Positions 1 through 13,276 of a stretch of 64,000 nt of DNA are shown in pieces. Position 1 is the stretch's first letter. Each line of letters opens with the position of its first letter. The position numbers and the translations under genes are program-made. Origin of the DNA: Octopus vulgaris (lineage: Eukaryota). Below the pieces are notes generated by a model. That model did not search any database, was not told the origin of the DNA, and saw only the letters and a program-made list of their open reading frames with translations. The stretch is from NCBI GenBank assembly GCA_951406725.2, contig OX597839.1, positions 5,022,001 through 5,086,000 of the forward strand, given 5' to 3'.

Positions 1-270
1 AACGAACCCTCTACATCCGACTTCGATTGGAAAATGTTCTGATTTCCAGCCTGCGTCTTCACATTCCTCGAGGAAGCTTACATAACGGCCAATCATTCGA
101 GCCCGAGCGGCATCCATATTATCTTCATGAGCAACCGTCAACTCGACTAGATTTAGAACTTTCCTTCTTTCACACTACACCACAAAAAAATATCCGGTTT
201 TTTCGTAACTGGGATGGGAAAAAATCCCTGGTACCCAGGTAAATCTACTGTCACCTCCCAATTGATGCAC
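1..270 (-). mobile_element. HERO/NeSL-like non-LTR retrotransposon fragment, restriction-like endonuclease C-terminus (frameshifted, runs off window edge)
   Basis: Manual minus-strand translation: WEVTVDLPGYQGFFPIPVTKKPDI...LVELTVAHEDNMDAARARMIGRYVSFLEECEDAGWKSEHFPIEVGCRGFV, matching the PD..ELTVPWE..GW..FPVEVGCRGF pattern of HERO-type RLE LINEs. Confidence 0.8.
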
Positions 271-824
271 CGGTACCTATGTATGGAATTAAGATCTTTC
301 CAAAACTTGTCATTTAGCAACGCTGTGTTCTATTCTTTATGTATATAGACTACAAAGCTAACATGTCCTAGCTTCAATTTGTTTTAAAGGGTTTAAGATT
401 ACATGAGTTAGGGAACACAACGTTGATACTCTGAAAATTTGCTTCATCCGTAAAACTGGTATTTCTCATCCACTCATGCAATGGTTTAGTTGTTTCCACG
501 AATTGTGTTTATCTTCCAGAGATCTGAGGAACTGGGCATACACACGAACTTGTTTAAGTTTGTTTCCTTATTGGATAATTGAATCTCATTCTTGGCTGCA
601 GTTTATTAATCTCCACAACGGTCGTTTCTGGTGTTATGTAAATATGTACATTCACACACACACACATACACTCACCTGTATTTATATATATATGCATGTA
701 TGTATGTATATATACATTTGTATATTTGTATATATATATATACAGATGTATATATTTGTATATATATATACAAATGTATATGTATATATATATCCGTGTG
801 TATATCATACTCTATTATATATAT

Positions 825-881
<57 letters not shown>

Positions 882-1628
882 GAGTATGAAATATACACGG
901 AGAGAAATCCAGCATTTGGATTTCTTACATGCTAAAAATGGCAGTCAAAGACTAAATCCACGAAAAAGCATTCTTACATTAAGGCACGTTGTTTGTACGC
1001 GAGCAAGACATTTGAGGGAAAATAAATTTCAGGTAACCTTATACCCATGAGTTTCACCATTAATGACCAAATAAATAAATTAATAAGTAAATTAATTGAT
1101 TGATTAGTCATCTATAGGTCGTCAGTTAGGTCGCTGTAAAATTTATAAATATGAGACTACACTATGAGACTACCGAAACATAAAGTAAACGCATGCGCAT
1201 TCAGTTCCATCTTTCGGCATGTATATTTCATACACTATTATATTTCAATAATAGTTACGACTTCTAACTCTTCTTACGCATGCTAACCACTGGTATAAAT
1301 TATTAAATATTTTTTACCCTTATATTAATAAAATTTTATATATATAAATATATATAATTATATATATATGATATATATAATTATAATCTACCAATTATAT
1401 ACGTTTTTATTTTTTTTTTTTTGGCAATTTACTTAATCATTGATATTTTATTGTTATTTTAATTTTAATACTTCTATTATATGTAATTTTCTAGATGTTG
1501 TAATTTCATTGTTCATTTTGAATTTTTTTTCTAACTTTTTAATATACATATATTATATTGTATGAAATTTGATTTAGTATTTCTAAATTGAATTTTTTCC
1601 CTGTAAGTTTGGATTTATATTCCCTCAA

Positions 1629-1683
<55 letters not shown>

Positions 1684-1741
1684 TGATAATAATGATAATA
1701 ATAATAATAATAATAATAATAATATATATATATATATATAT

Positions 1742-1906
1742 AGGAGTACATGTGGCTGGGTAATTGAAAATATTGCTTATTAACCACATGGCTCTGGGTT
1801 CAGTCCTACCTCGGCGAATCTTGTTCGCGCCTTCTACATAGCCCCGTGGTAACCTAAATACTTGTTGTATGGATTGAGTAGTCGAAAACTATGAGAAGTC
1901 CGTCGA
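1742..1906 (+). mobile_element. SINE family A, degenerate 5' part
   Basis: aaccacatggctctgggttcagtcc...gaagtccgtcg resembles the intact copy at 28536. Confidence 0.6.
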
Positions 1907-1927
1907 CATTTTATGGGAAGGAGCTTG

Positions 1928-2092
1928 TCGATTACATCGAACACCAGTACATTACTGGTACATATTTCATCGACCACTGAAATAATGAAAGGCAAAGAAT
2001 CCTCGGTGAAATTTGAACTAAGAACTTAAAGACAGATGAAATGCCGCTAAGCACTTTGTCTGGCGCGGTAACGATTCTGCCAGCTCAGAGCC
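1928..2092 (-). mobile_element. SINE family B, diverged copy
   Basis: Reverse-complement similarity to 29296-29526 (atgaaaggcaaag, aatttgaact, ttctgccagctc). Confidence 0.8.
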
Positions 2093-2994
2093 TTATGTCA
2101 GAAAAAACTAATTCATTGATTGATGACATTGCTTAGAAACTATACATGACAAGTTTCAGCCATGCAGACAATAAAAATGGAAGAAAAATGCAAAGTATCT
2201 GGAAAGGGGGAAAAAAAGACCCAGAAAAATTGAAAGAAGCAAAAATGTTGAACTGATTAAACCAATAAACCTACGCCTACATGAAGGAACTCAGATCTAA
2301 GGGAATTCCGCATTTCTTAGTAAGAATTAAATCCTCTATACACTTATATATGAAGTGCCTTTAATAACTTAATAAATTGCCAAAATTAAATTCCAATTTG
2401 CTTCAGTCAGAGAATAATATATTTAATGCCAAATAGCATACAAACATCAAAGACTATAATTCTAGATCAATAAATATCTTTCTGAATATTATGCATCGTA
2501 GTAGAAAAGTCTTTTGTTTTAGATCCTTATGAGTCGCTTAGTTCTGAATATTTTGGCCTCTGATAAATCTATACTTGATGACCGTAGTGAATTAAAATGG
2601 CCAATAATTAAGCAAAAATTAGATAAAGTGTAAATGAAATGAGAATGGTGATAATAAAGAGATAATTATTATTGACTAAGTTTCGGATAGTTTTCCCCTT
2701 GAGTTTCAAAACAGGAGCCGTTGGGAAGATAAAAATGCTTACTGCTTGAATGAGAATCATGTCTGATAGAATTCCTCACAATGAAAGGCGAAAAACCGGA
2801 ATACAAGCCATATCTTCAAAGAACGTTATTGTAATTGTGTCAAATATATTATTAACGAGAAGTTTAGGGTGTTGAAGCTAGATTTAACGACGTCTTATGT
2901 TTCCTTTGTTCAGCTTGATGTATAGATGAATTTGTTAACAATAAACGGCGTTGGAGAGCATAGATAACAAAGATATAGTTTAGAAAAAAAATTA

Positions 2995-3215
2995 GCTGAC
3001 ATAGATGACGGAAAACCAAATGAATATTCGAAAAGATTTACCTGTATCATGATGATTCGCGGTGGAAACATGCCGACATCACGACTGCTACTCAATGCAC
3101 TCTGAACACTGTAAAAGCTGTAAGGCGCAACATGGACAAGCGCGACACAAACAACGAAGCTGTGGTCATCAAGAAAGGGCACAAATAGCGTTCTGACTGT
3201 GTCCAATGCCACTAT
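2995..3215 (+). mobile_element. Tc1/mariner-superfamily (maT/DD37D-like) transposase N-terminal relic
   Basis: Manual translation KPNEYSKRFTCIMMIRGG / ADITTATQCTLNTVKAVRRNMDKRDTNNEAVVIKKGHK*RSDCV; homologous by eye to the relic at 27045-27350; contains a stop and a frameshift. Confidence 0.6.
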
Positions 3216-3429
3216 TTGTCATCATAATTTTGAACAGGCCCTAAGGCTCAATTCAGGTGATCTTAAGTTTTTAATCACGTCCATCTTGTTGAGATCCTTC
3301 TTCAGAAACCTCACCACTCCCCGACTCACACGATTGTGAATACTCCAGGGGCAGGGGCAGTAGACGGCTGTCAAAATTCTAACTGGGCCTCACATGCAAA
3401 TTCATATGTCGTTTATCATGATATAAGGG

Positions 3430-3830
3430 CACTGTTTTCTGTCATTAAGGAAGCTGAAAAATGCAAGAAAGAAATCATAGTACCTGAAAACTATGAAGAA
3501 ATAGAAGAAACAACTGAAATCGAAACTGAAACTAGAACAACAAACTATCATGATAAAACGATGGCAAGAAAAGTCGTTACCTGGTAAATATTGGGATAAG
3601 CTGAACAGAACAGAAATTCCAAGAATGGCTGAGAAACTCAGGACTCAAGGCACAGATTAATGGATTTTTTATTGCGGCACAGGATCAAAACCTCCACATC
3701 AGAAATCACGAAAAATCGCATAGGGGAAACGAACAATTGCAGAATATGTGGAGATGGACAAGAAGCAATAAATCATATTTCTCTGGCTGCCCAGTCCTGG
3801 CTAAGAATAAATACCTTCGCAGACATGACA
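3430..3830 (+). mobile_element. R4/Dong-like RLE LINE fragment (post-RT region and CCHC zinc knuckle)
   Basis: LFSVIKEAEK...KRWQEKSLPGKYWDKL...EWLRNSGLKA...IAAQDQNL...NNCRICGDGQEAINH..SGCPVLAKNKYLRRHD across frameshifts. Confidence 0.85.
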
Positions 3831-3837
3831 TACATAC

Positions 3838-4042
3838 AAAGTATTTTGCGTAGGATACGGGCAGTTCCCATGAGCACTATCTTGTGAATTTCTACCATTT
3901 TGGGGATTCCTGGTATCTGAGCTAGGTAGCAACCAGCCCCTTTTACTCTCATTCATAGGGCACCTACGACAACAGGTATTGTCTTCAGGTTCCACATTTT
4001 GCTGATTTCTATTTCAAGATCTTTATATTTGCTCAGTTTTAA
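3838..4042 (-). mobile_element. R4/Dong-like LINE ORF extreme C-terminus
   Basis: Minus strand: KLSKYKDLEIEISKMWNLKTIPVVVGAL*...GAGCYLAQIPGIPKMVEIHKIVLMGTARILRKIL. Confidence 0.85.
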
Positions 4043-4080
<38 letters not shown>

Positions 4081-4230
4081 AAATCAAATTAGAGATTCAA
4101 TTTATATTTATACTGTGAAATTTGATTTAATCCTAAATCTAATTTTTCCCAGTAAGTTTGGATACATTCCCTAATATTATATATATATACATACATATGT
4201 ATAGCACATATATATATTATACATATAATT

Positions 4231-4297
<67 letters not shown>

Positions 4298-4316
4298 CAT
4301 ACATCTATTATATATG

Positions 4317-4366
<50 letters not shown>

Positions 4367-4759
4367 AAAAAATGAAGTTCGAAAATGCTGCTATATTATA
4401 CAATTTTTAATTTTTATATATACATTATAACATGTTTCAGTTCCTGAAATGAACCTTATCAAAAAAAGTTATATATAAAAAAAGACAGCTCATGCCGTCA
4501 AACACAAGAAATTCATTTACAATACACAACGGAGTCAGACATCTTAAAGTTCATATATAGTTTGAAGTAAGTTCATTCATGCTATATGTTCAAAGTGTTC
4601 GATGCAGTGGCCCACGGTGGCGATACGTATTCAATATAAAACAAACAGATCAAAGTGGTGGAAAGCAGTCAATACAGAAGATTGATGTTCCCGAAAGAGC
4701 GAGGAATTCATTTTTACCTTGAGCAATTGTGATGACCCATGGTGGGTGTTCGCTGGGTG

Positions 4760-4796
<37 letters not shown>

Positions 4797-4867
4797 CTAA
4801 TTTTGCAGAACAGTGAATTTATTTCACTTGAAATTCTATAAGTTTCGAAAGGCGAATAAGCATCGAT

Positions 4868-4937
4868 AGCTAGCAAGCCATGCTACTCCAGACTGATGAA
4901 GAGCAATGGTTCTGAAACTAGTCTCTGGTTGCTAGCT
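4868..4937 (+). ncRNA. Type I hammerhead ribozyme, intact core
   Basis: ccaga-CTGATGA-agagc(aatg)gttct-GAAA-ctag-TC/tctgg; stem I extended by agctagcaa (4868-4876) with ttgctagct (4929-4937); predicted cleavage after C4923. Confidence 0.85.
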
Positions 4938-5162
4938 TTGCCGGGAGGAAGTGATTATCTCCCCTGTTTGAAAATTTAAGGACACTGGACGCTTGTGTCA
5001 TATAACCAACTGGAAACGGAGTTTACTGGGGCTAAATAACAGTAGCATTCTTCCTTTTCCTGGGACTGCCACATTAAATTGGTAACAAACCATCACTTTA
5101 CTGTGCTGCTTCTGTATAAGTCTCTCAGAAATTTAGAAGTGCAATATTACTAATTTGATATG

Positions 5163-5239
<77 letters not shown>

Positions 5240-5431
5240 ATGCGTGTATGTGTGTTTTTATATACACAATATATGTTTTTATATACTATGTGCTACGGTG
5301 ATTAGCTGGCAGAATCGTTACAATACTGGACAAAATGCATAACTGCATTTCTTCCGGCATTTCTTACATTCTGAATTCAAATTCCCTAGGTGTCGACTGT
5401 ATCCGATCCACACACACAAACACACACACAA

Positions 5432-5592
5432 AGAGCCTCTTTCAATTTCAGTCTACCAAATCCACTCACAAGGCTTCGGTAGGTCCGATGTTATAAAAGA
5501 AGACACTTGCCCAAGGTGCCACGCAATGGGATTGAACTTGGGACCATGTGATTGGTAAGCAGGCTATTTACTACACAGCCACTCCTGCGCCT
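5432..5592 (-). mobile_element. SINE family A, 5' part
   Basis: gaagacacttgcccaaggtgccacgca...cagccactcctgcgcc. Confidence 0.85.
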
Positions 5593-5731
5593 ATATAAAT
5601 GTGTGTGTAGGTATGTATATATGCATGTATGCATACATGTATATATATATACATACATGCAATATATACATATATTGTACCAATATAATATATCTAAATA
5701 TTTACGTGTGTGCGCATATATATATATGTAT

Positions 5732-5768
<37 letters not shown>

Positions 5769-5770
<2 letters not shown>

Positions 5771-6179
5771 TTTTATTCTTTTACTCTTTTACTTGTTTCA
5801 GTCATTTGACTGCGGCCATGCTGGAGCACCGCCTTCAATCGAGCAACTCGATCCCGGGACTTATTCTTTTGTAAGCCCAGTACTTATTCTATCGGGTTCT
5901 TTTGCCGAACCGCTAAGTAACGGGGACATAAACACACCAGCATCGGTTGTCATGCAATGCTAGGTGTACAAACACAGACACACAAACACACACACGCATA
6001 TATTTATACATATACATAAATACGACGGGCTTCTTTCAGTTTCCGTCTACCAAATCCACTCACAAGGCTTTGGTCGGCCCGAGGCTATAGTAGAAGACAC
6101 TTGCCCAAGGTGCCACGCAGTGGGACTGAACCCGGAACCATGTGGTTGGTAAACAAGCTACTTACCACACAGCCACTCC
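5769..6179 (-). mobile_element. SINE family A, near full length
   Basis: tRNA-like head with A/B-box-like motifs, caccttgggcaagtgtctt segment, internal TA/TG tract and (GAGTAAAA)n tail; multi-copy in window. Confidence 0.92.
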
Positions 6180-6283
6180 ATATGTATACAATATATATAT
6201 ATATATATATATATACAATATATATATAAATATATATACAATATATATATTGTACCAATATAATATATCTAAATATTTACGTG

Positions 6284-6323
<40 letters not shown>

Positions 6324-6821
6324 TGTGTGTGTATATATATATTTATACATACACACGCATGTATACCTATAATTATAGTATAAAATGTCTGCGCATGTCT
6401 CTGTATGAGTGTATGTGTACGTGTGTGGATTTTCTGAATGTAGAAAATGTATTCCTCGGTGGACTCATTCATGGAATTGGTCGCAAAAGAATGAAGGAAT
6501 CATAACCAAAATATGCTAAGAAAACATAACCATTGATCTTTTCCATAGCATTCCCCTCTCACCCTAAACATATTCTCTATACAATATAATCTTTTCACTT
6601 CTATCTAATGCAATTTTTTTCTACATCTTCAAGATATTTTTTTTTCCTTTCTTTCGTTATGGACAGCTTTTCTTCTCGTTATAACTATTCAGCCTAAATT
6701 AATTTTTATATCGCAAGATTGTATCGCTCCCTCTCTCCGGCTTCGGTGTCGCCTTCTCTCTCATTCTCCATATTTATACGAATACATATCAACGTTTTCA
6801 TATGTACAAATGTATGAATAG

Positions 6822-7237
<416 letters not shown>

Positions 7238-7521
7238 ATATACACACATACATGTATGTGTACATGTACGTAGATATAAACACATTTAAGCTCATATACA
7301 TAATGATACATACACACGCACACACATACACATACTGAAATATACATACAAATAATGCATACACTGACACACGCATTCTCAAAGATATATCCACGTACAC
7401 ATATGGACCTAAGTATATATATACGTATGCGTATCTACAGTTATACATGCATCAATACGGGTACCTAATGCATAACTTCCATACCTTAATTTTTTTACGT
7501 ATATATATCTATATCTATCTA

Positions 7522-7580
<59 letters not shown>

Positions 7581-7729
7581 ATTATATGACATGAAATCTG
7601 TGTAGAGATATAATTGCGGAGATAAATAAATTTATGAATCGAACACTTTTCATTTCCTTTGCCTCGGCACTCAATACCCAGTATGATAACAATAACAGCA
7701 GCAATAACACTAATTACGATAACAATAGA

Positions 7730-8171
7730 TGACGCTGATGATGATGATGAGGAGGAGGAGGAGGATTATGATGATGATGATGATGGTCATGATACAAATG
7801 ATGACGACTCTGATGTGGCGGATGATCTGAAAAAGGAGGAGGAGCAAGGGGATAGGAGGAATAGGAGGAGTGGGAGGAGGACAGGATGAAGATGAGTGAA
7901 GGGGATGCTGACGAAGATTAAAACTAGGATAATGATGATGAAGTTAATGAGGATTTCTCTGATGAATAATGTTCATGATGACGATGACGATGACGACGAC
8001 GATGATGATGATGATGATGATAACGACGACGACGATGATAGTGATGCTACTGCTGCTGATGATGATGCGGAGGAGGTGAGGAGAGCAGGGTGATTATTTC
8101 TTATAACGAAAATTTCTATAATCTGTACGTCACCATCTCCACAGATATCACAATGCCCGCCGCTGCTGCTG

Positions 8172-8230
<59 letters not shown>

Positions 8231-8240
8231 GCTGCTATAA
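7730..8240. repeat. Compound trinucleotide region (GAT/GAG/GAC/GCT/ACT)
   Basis: Direct observation. Confidence 0.9.
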
Positions 8241-8299
8241 GTACTACTTCTACTCTAAGTACAAAGCCTTGAAAATTTTGGAGGAAGGGGGCTCGTCCC

Positions 8300-8461
8300 T
8301 TACACCGACTCCAGCGTGTAACTGGTACTTATTTCACTGACCCCGAATGTATGAAAGGCAAAATTCGACCTCATCGAAACTTGAACTCAGAACGTAGCGA
8401 CAGACGAAATAACGCTAAGCATTTCACCCGACGTGCTAACGATTCTGCCAGCTCGCCGCCT
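8300..8461 (-). mobile_element. SINE family B
   Basis: actggtactt...atgaaaggcaaa...gaactcagaacgta...ctgccagctcgccgcc. Confidence 0.88.
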
Positions 8462-8464
8462 CAA

Positions 8465-8498
8465 TGACAACTACAACAACAACAACAACAACAACAAC

Positions 8499-8530
<32 letters not shown>

Positions 8531-8700
8531 TAATAATAATAAAATAATAATAATAATAATAATCATAATAATGATGATGATGATAATAATAATAATAATA
8601 ATTATAATAATAATAATAATAATAATAAAATAAAGATGGTAATAATAATGATGATAATATTAATATTAATAATAATAATAATAACAATAACAACAACTAA
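8465..8700. repeat. (AAC)n/(AAT)n microsatellite
   Basis: Direct observation. Confidence 0.95.
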
Positions 8701-9584
8701 TAATATTAACCTCAATTAGAGGAATGATTATTATAATAAGCATTATAAGATTAATAACAATAATAACAATAATTATAACAATCATAATGGTTAGATTTAT
8801 AACCTTATTATATATAATAAAACCAAGAACAATAACATCAATGATAACAATAAAAACAGCAACCGCGGTTAGCGACTCACTCCCAAACTGTGTCAGTCAT
8901 CGCTATGACCGTCAGCGCCCGCTTCTGGCTATCATTACTATACTGAAGAGTTTACCAGAAATCCTCATAATAATTTTTTTTCCTGCATCTTTCCTTATCT
9001 TTTTCATCGTCTTTTTCTTTTAATTCTTCACTAATTCTCTATCACTTTTATTTTTTTTCTACTCTCAGGCATTTCTTTGCCGAATTTGACTCAATGTTAT
9101 CGTTGACGGTTGTGATTGCTTTGCACCCCTACCACACACACACACACATCTTGTGCGCTCACACGCACACACACATACATACACACGTGTATGTATGTGT
9201 GTATGTACGTATGTATAAATATATATACAAAAACATGCATACGTACTTAAATACATACATATATACATTCATACATACATACATACATACATACTTACAT
9301 ACATATATACATACACACACATATATATATATATATATATGTACATACTCACACACATATGTATTAATTTGATGGGTGGGTATGCACTTGCACTAACCCC
9401 TTATTCTTATTCTTCCTTTACTATATTTTGTTTATGTATTTTTCCTTTTATATATGGTTGGTTCTATTTCCGGTATTGCATTTTACTTTCACTTTCATTA
9501 TCGACGATCCATAAATTATTCTCTCTGTTTTCGATTTAACCAGATGAGAACGAAGAAGAGGAAAAAAAATGAAAGGCAAACAAA

Positions 9585-9604
9585 ACATGATGTTGATGAT
9601 GATG

Positions 9605-9653
<49 letters not shown>

Positions 9654-9668
9654 CGATGTTGATGATGA

Positions 9669-9724
<56 letters not shown>

Positions 9725-10148
9725 GTGGGGGAAATAATAAAACCCATAATAACCACATAGAAATAGTAGCAGTAGAAGTAATAATATTGTTAATAATATT
9801 AATATCGATGATCATAATAAAAGTAATAATAATAATGAAAATAATATAATAATAAAATTTAATAAAAATAATAAACATATAATAGTAGCAATAGTATTAA
9901 TGACAAAAATAATAGTAATAACAACAACAATTGTAAACGTAATAATAGTGATAACAGTAACAAGAAGAACAATGAAACAATATCAATGATAATAATAATA
10001 ATAATAATGATGATAATGAAGATGTTTATGATGATGATGATGATGATATGATGATGAAGATGATGATCACGAACATGACAATGATCACGATGATGATAAT
10101 GATGATGATGATGATGATGATGATGATCACGAACATGACGATAATCAC

Positions 10149-10193
<45 letters not shown>

Positions 10194-10202
10194 GATGATC
10201 AC

Positions 10203-10254
<52 letters not shown>

Positions 10255-10370
10255 GTGATGGTGATGATGATGATGATAATGATGATGATCACGAACATGA
10301 TTATGATCACGATGATGATGATGATGAGGAGGAGGAGGAGGAGGATCACAATGCTGATGATGATGATGAA
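9585..10370. repeat. (AAT)n and (GAT)n arrays; (GAT)n with recurrent atcacg/atcacgaac interruptions at 10026-10370
   Basis: Direct observation. Confidence 0.92.
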
Positions 10371-10951
10371 GTTAGCTGAAAAATTATACAATACTAATAA
10401 TAACATTAAGAATGAATGTAAGAATTAGAATAACGATAACTAGATTAAATAGTACTCTTAAAGAAATAGAAAGAAAGAGGTCTCAGAAATACGGTTTCGA
10501 GCCTTGCCGCTCTTTCATCGCTTCCAGAAATAACTCAACGATGCTTCTCAATGTTATGTATGTGACATTGCTCTTTTGCACTAATATGTGTGTGTGTGTC
10601 TGTGTGTCTCTGTGTGTGTGTGTGCGCGTATTTATGTATGTATATTATATCTGATTCAGTCTTTATTGGGTTTTTTTGTCTGTAACTCCTCCTTTTCTTA
10701 GTCGTCTTCTTCCACCCCCTCAACCCATATATTCTATTCCCTTGCCTTCTCATTGAATTCCATTCCCTAATCACGTACCCACAACTCCCACCCACACACC
10801 AACTACCCCCAACAACCCCTAACGCAACCAATCTCAAAAATCATATTCTTTTCTTCGCCTTTCTAAACTTTCTGATATTTTTTATATCACCAACTAAATC
10901 CGCCATACTTGATTTATTTATGAGTTATAATGCACTCTTCTTCTTCTTCTT

Positions 10952-11014
<63 letters not shown>

Positions 11015-11177
11015 GGCGCAAGAGTTGCTGTGTGGTAAGTAAGTTGCTTACCAACCACATGGTTCTGAGTTCAGTCCCACTGCGTGGCACCTTGGGAAAG
11101 TGTCTTCTACTATACCCTAGGAACGACCAAAACCTTGTGAGTGAATTTGGTAGACGGAAACTCCATGAAGCCCGTTG

Positions 11178-11255
<78 letters not shown>

Positions 11256-11298
11256 TGTGTATATGTTTGTGTATGTCTGTGTTTGTCCCCCAACATCG
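11015..11298 (+). mobile_element. SINE family A, 3'-truncated against a LINE fragment
   Basis: ggcgcaagagttgctgtgtggtaag...gtttgtcccccaacatcg. Confidence 0.9.
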
Positions 11299-11302
11299 AT
11301 AT

Positions 11303-11600
11303 GAGATGCCATATCTTTCTGATTTTGATTAGCAAATCTTTATATTTTCTGAGTTTATCAAATTCTTTGGCCGAGATATTATGGTCACAAGGTGTGCTCA
11401 TATCAATCAATAAACAAACTTTATTGTCTTGATCTTTCACAACAATATCTACTTTATTTGCCTTCATGCTCCGGTCTGTACATACTGGAAAATCCCCCCA
11501 AAATCGTTACATTTTCTCCCTCAGTTACAGCCTCAGGGTGGTGCTTATACCATTTGTCAGAAGATTTGATTTTCTAATGGCGACACATTCTGATGTAGAC
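11303..11600 (-). mobile_element. R4/Dong-like LINE RLE (PD-D/ExK) domain fragment
   Basis: KWYKHHPEAVTEGENVTILGDFPVCTDRSMKANKVDIVVKDQDNKVCLLIDMSTPCDHNISAKEFDKLRKYKDLLIKIRKIWHL. Confidence 0.88.
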
Positions 11601-11646
11601 CGAAGCACACCCATTAGTGGCTACGGTGCTCAGGGCTAAAGACAGT

Positions 11647-11921
11647 GAGGTCGATTTTGCCTTTCATCCTTTCGGGGTCGATTAATTAAGTACCAGTTAC
11701 GCACTGGGGTCGGTGTAATCGACTTCACCCTTTTGTTTGTCCTTGTTTGTCCCCTCTGTGTTTAGCCTCCTGTGGGCAATAAAGAAAAAGGTATTTCGTC
11801 TGTCTTTACGTTCTGAGTTCAAATTCCGCCGAGGTCGATTTTGCTTTTCATCCTTTCGGTCCCGAAAAATTAAGTATCAATTGCGTACTGGGATCGATCT
11901 AATCGATTGGCCCCCTCCCCA
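11647..11921 (+). mobile_element. Two tandem partial SINE family B copies
   Basis: gaggtcgattttgc(c/t)tttcatcctttcgg occurs twice (~11648 and ~11831). Confidence 0.88.
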
Positions 11922-12116
11922 AATATATGATAGGAATTGTTTCAGTTTTTAGACTCGACATTCGAGTTACCTCTACTTCCAGGTCTTTATATTTTGAAAG
12001 TTTCTCCATTTCTTTTAGAGAAACATTGTCTTCTGTTGGTATTGATACATTGATTACTATTATTATTATTACTCTTCTTCTTCTTCTTCTTATTCTTCTT
12101 CTTCATATTATTATTA

Positions 12117-12177
<61 letters not shown>

Positions 12178-12181
12178 CATT

Positions 12182-12524
12182 GAGTGAGAGAGAGAGCAGT
12201 GCATGCCATCAAACTGACACTGGGGTAAAATATACGAAGCCCAGTATACCCATCATGACTACCCGTCTGATAAGGGTACACCAGGCACATGCATCACAAC
12301 CATATGTGCACAACATGGTGATCTCATATCAAGATAAACAGCGCATGACCTTGCAGGCGGGGCCCAGTTAGAATTTTTTTCTGGTCGAGTACCGCATCCC
12401 GCTCAAAAGGTCTCTGAATAAGGGGTTGTTTAAGGATGTTGAACGAACCACCCATGTTTCCAAAGGTGAATTATTCAAACCTCCAAGAATTCCTTCCAAC
12501 ACACGGCTATGATGCTCCCCCACT
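12182..12524. mobile_element. Unclassified ~340-bp element embedded in an (ATT)n array
   Basis: Complex sequence of balanced GC content with sharp borders, (ATT)n on both sides (about 12057-12181 and 12525-12665). Confidence 0.55.
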
Positions 12525-12525
12525 A

Positions 12526-12569
<44 letters not shown>

Positions 12570-12583
12570 CATTATTATTATTA

Positions 12584-12626
<43 letters not shown>

Positions 12627-12634
12627 CATTATTA

Positions 12635-12665
<31 letters not shown>

Positions 12666-13049
12666 AAAAAGGTACTTGATATTTTAATATAAGAAATTGT
12701 AAATTTCCTTTTACTGTCTGAATGTTATCTTTTTTCCTTTCATCACCAGATGGCGTTGCTATTATCCCTGTTGTTATTTCATCGTACTGTTCTTTTTATG
12801 TGCATTGTTTTCTTTATTCAGTTTCTGATCACTTTTGATGTGGTTGTTGATTATAGTTGTTGTTATTGTTGAATTCATCATTTCCTCTTTTTTTTCTTCT
12901 TTTGTAGTGATGCAGTTCTTGTTGTTGCTGTTGATACTATTGTTGTTGTTGTTGTTGTTCTTATTGCTATCGTTTTTACATCTTTGCTCTCACGCTTAAT
13001 TCCTTCATTTTAGAAGTTCCGAAAATGAGCAAAATTCCAGAAAAACAAG

Positions 13050-13276
<227 letters not shown>

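Noticed and set aside
430-500. Minus-strand FTDEANF resembling a Tc1 first-aspartate motif
   Set aside because: Isolated 7 residues with no supporting context.
7659-8272. Acidic poly-D/E and poly-T ORFs
   Set aside because: Trinucleotide low complexity with frame changes and no splice or domain evidence.
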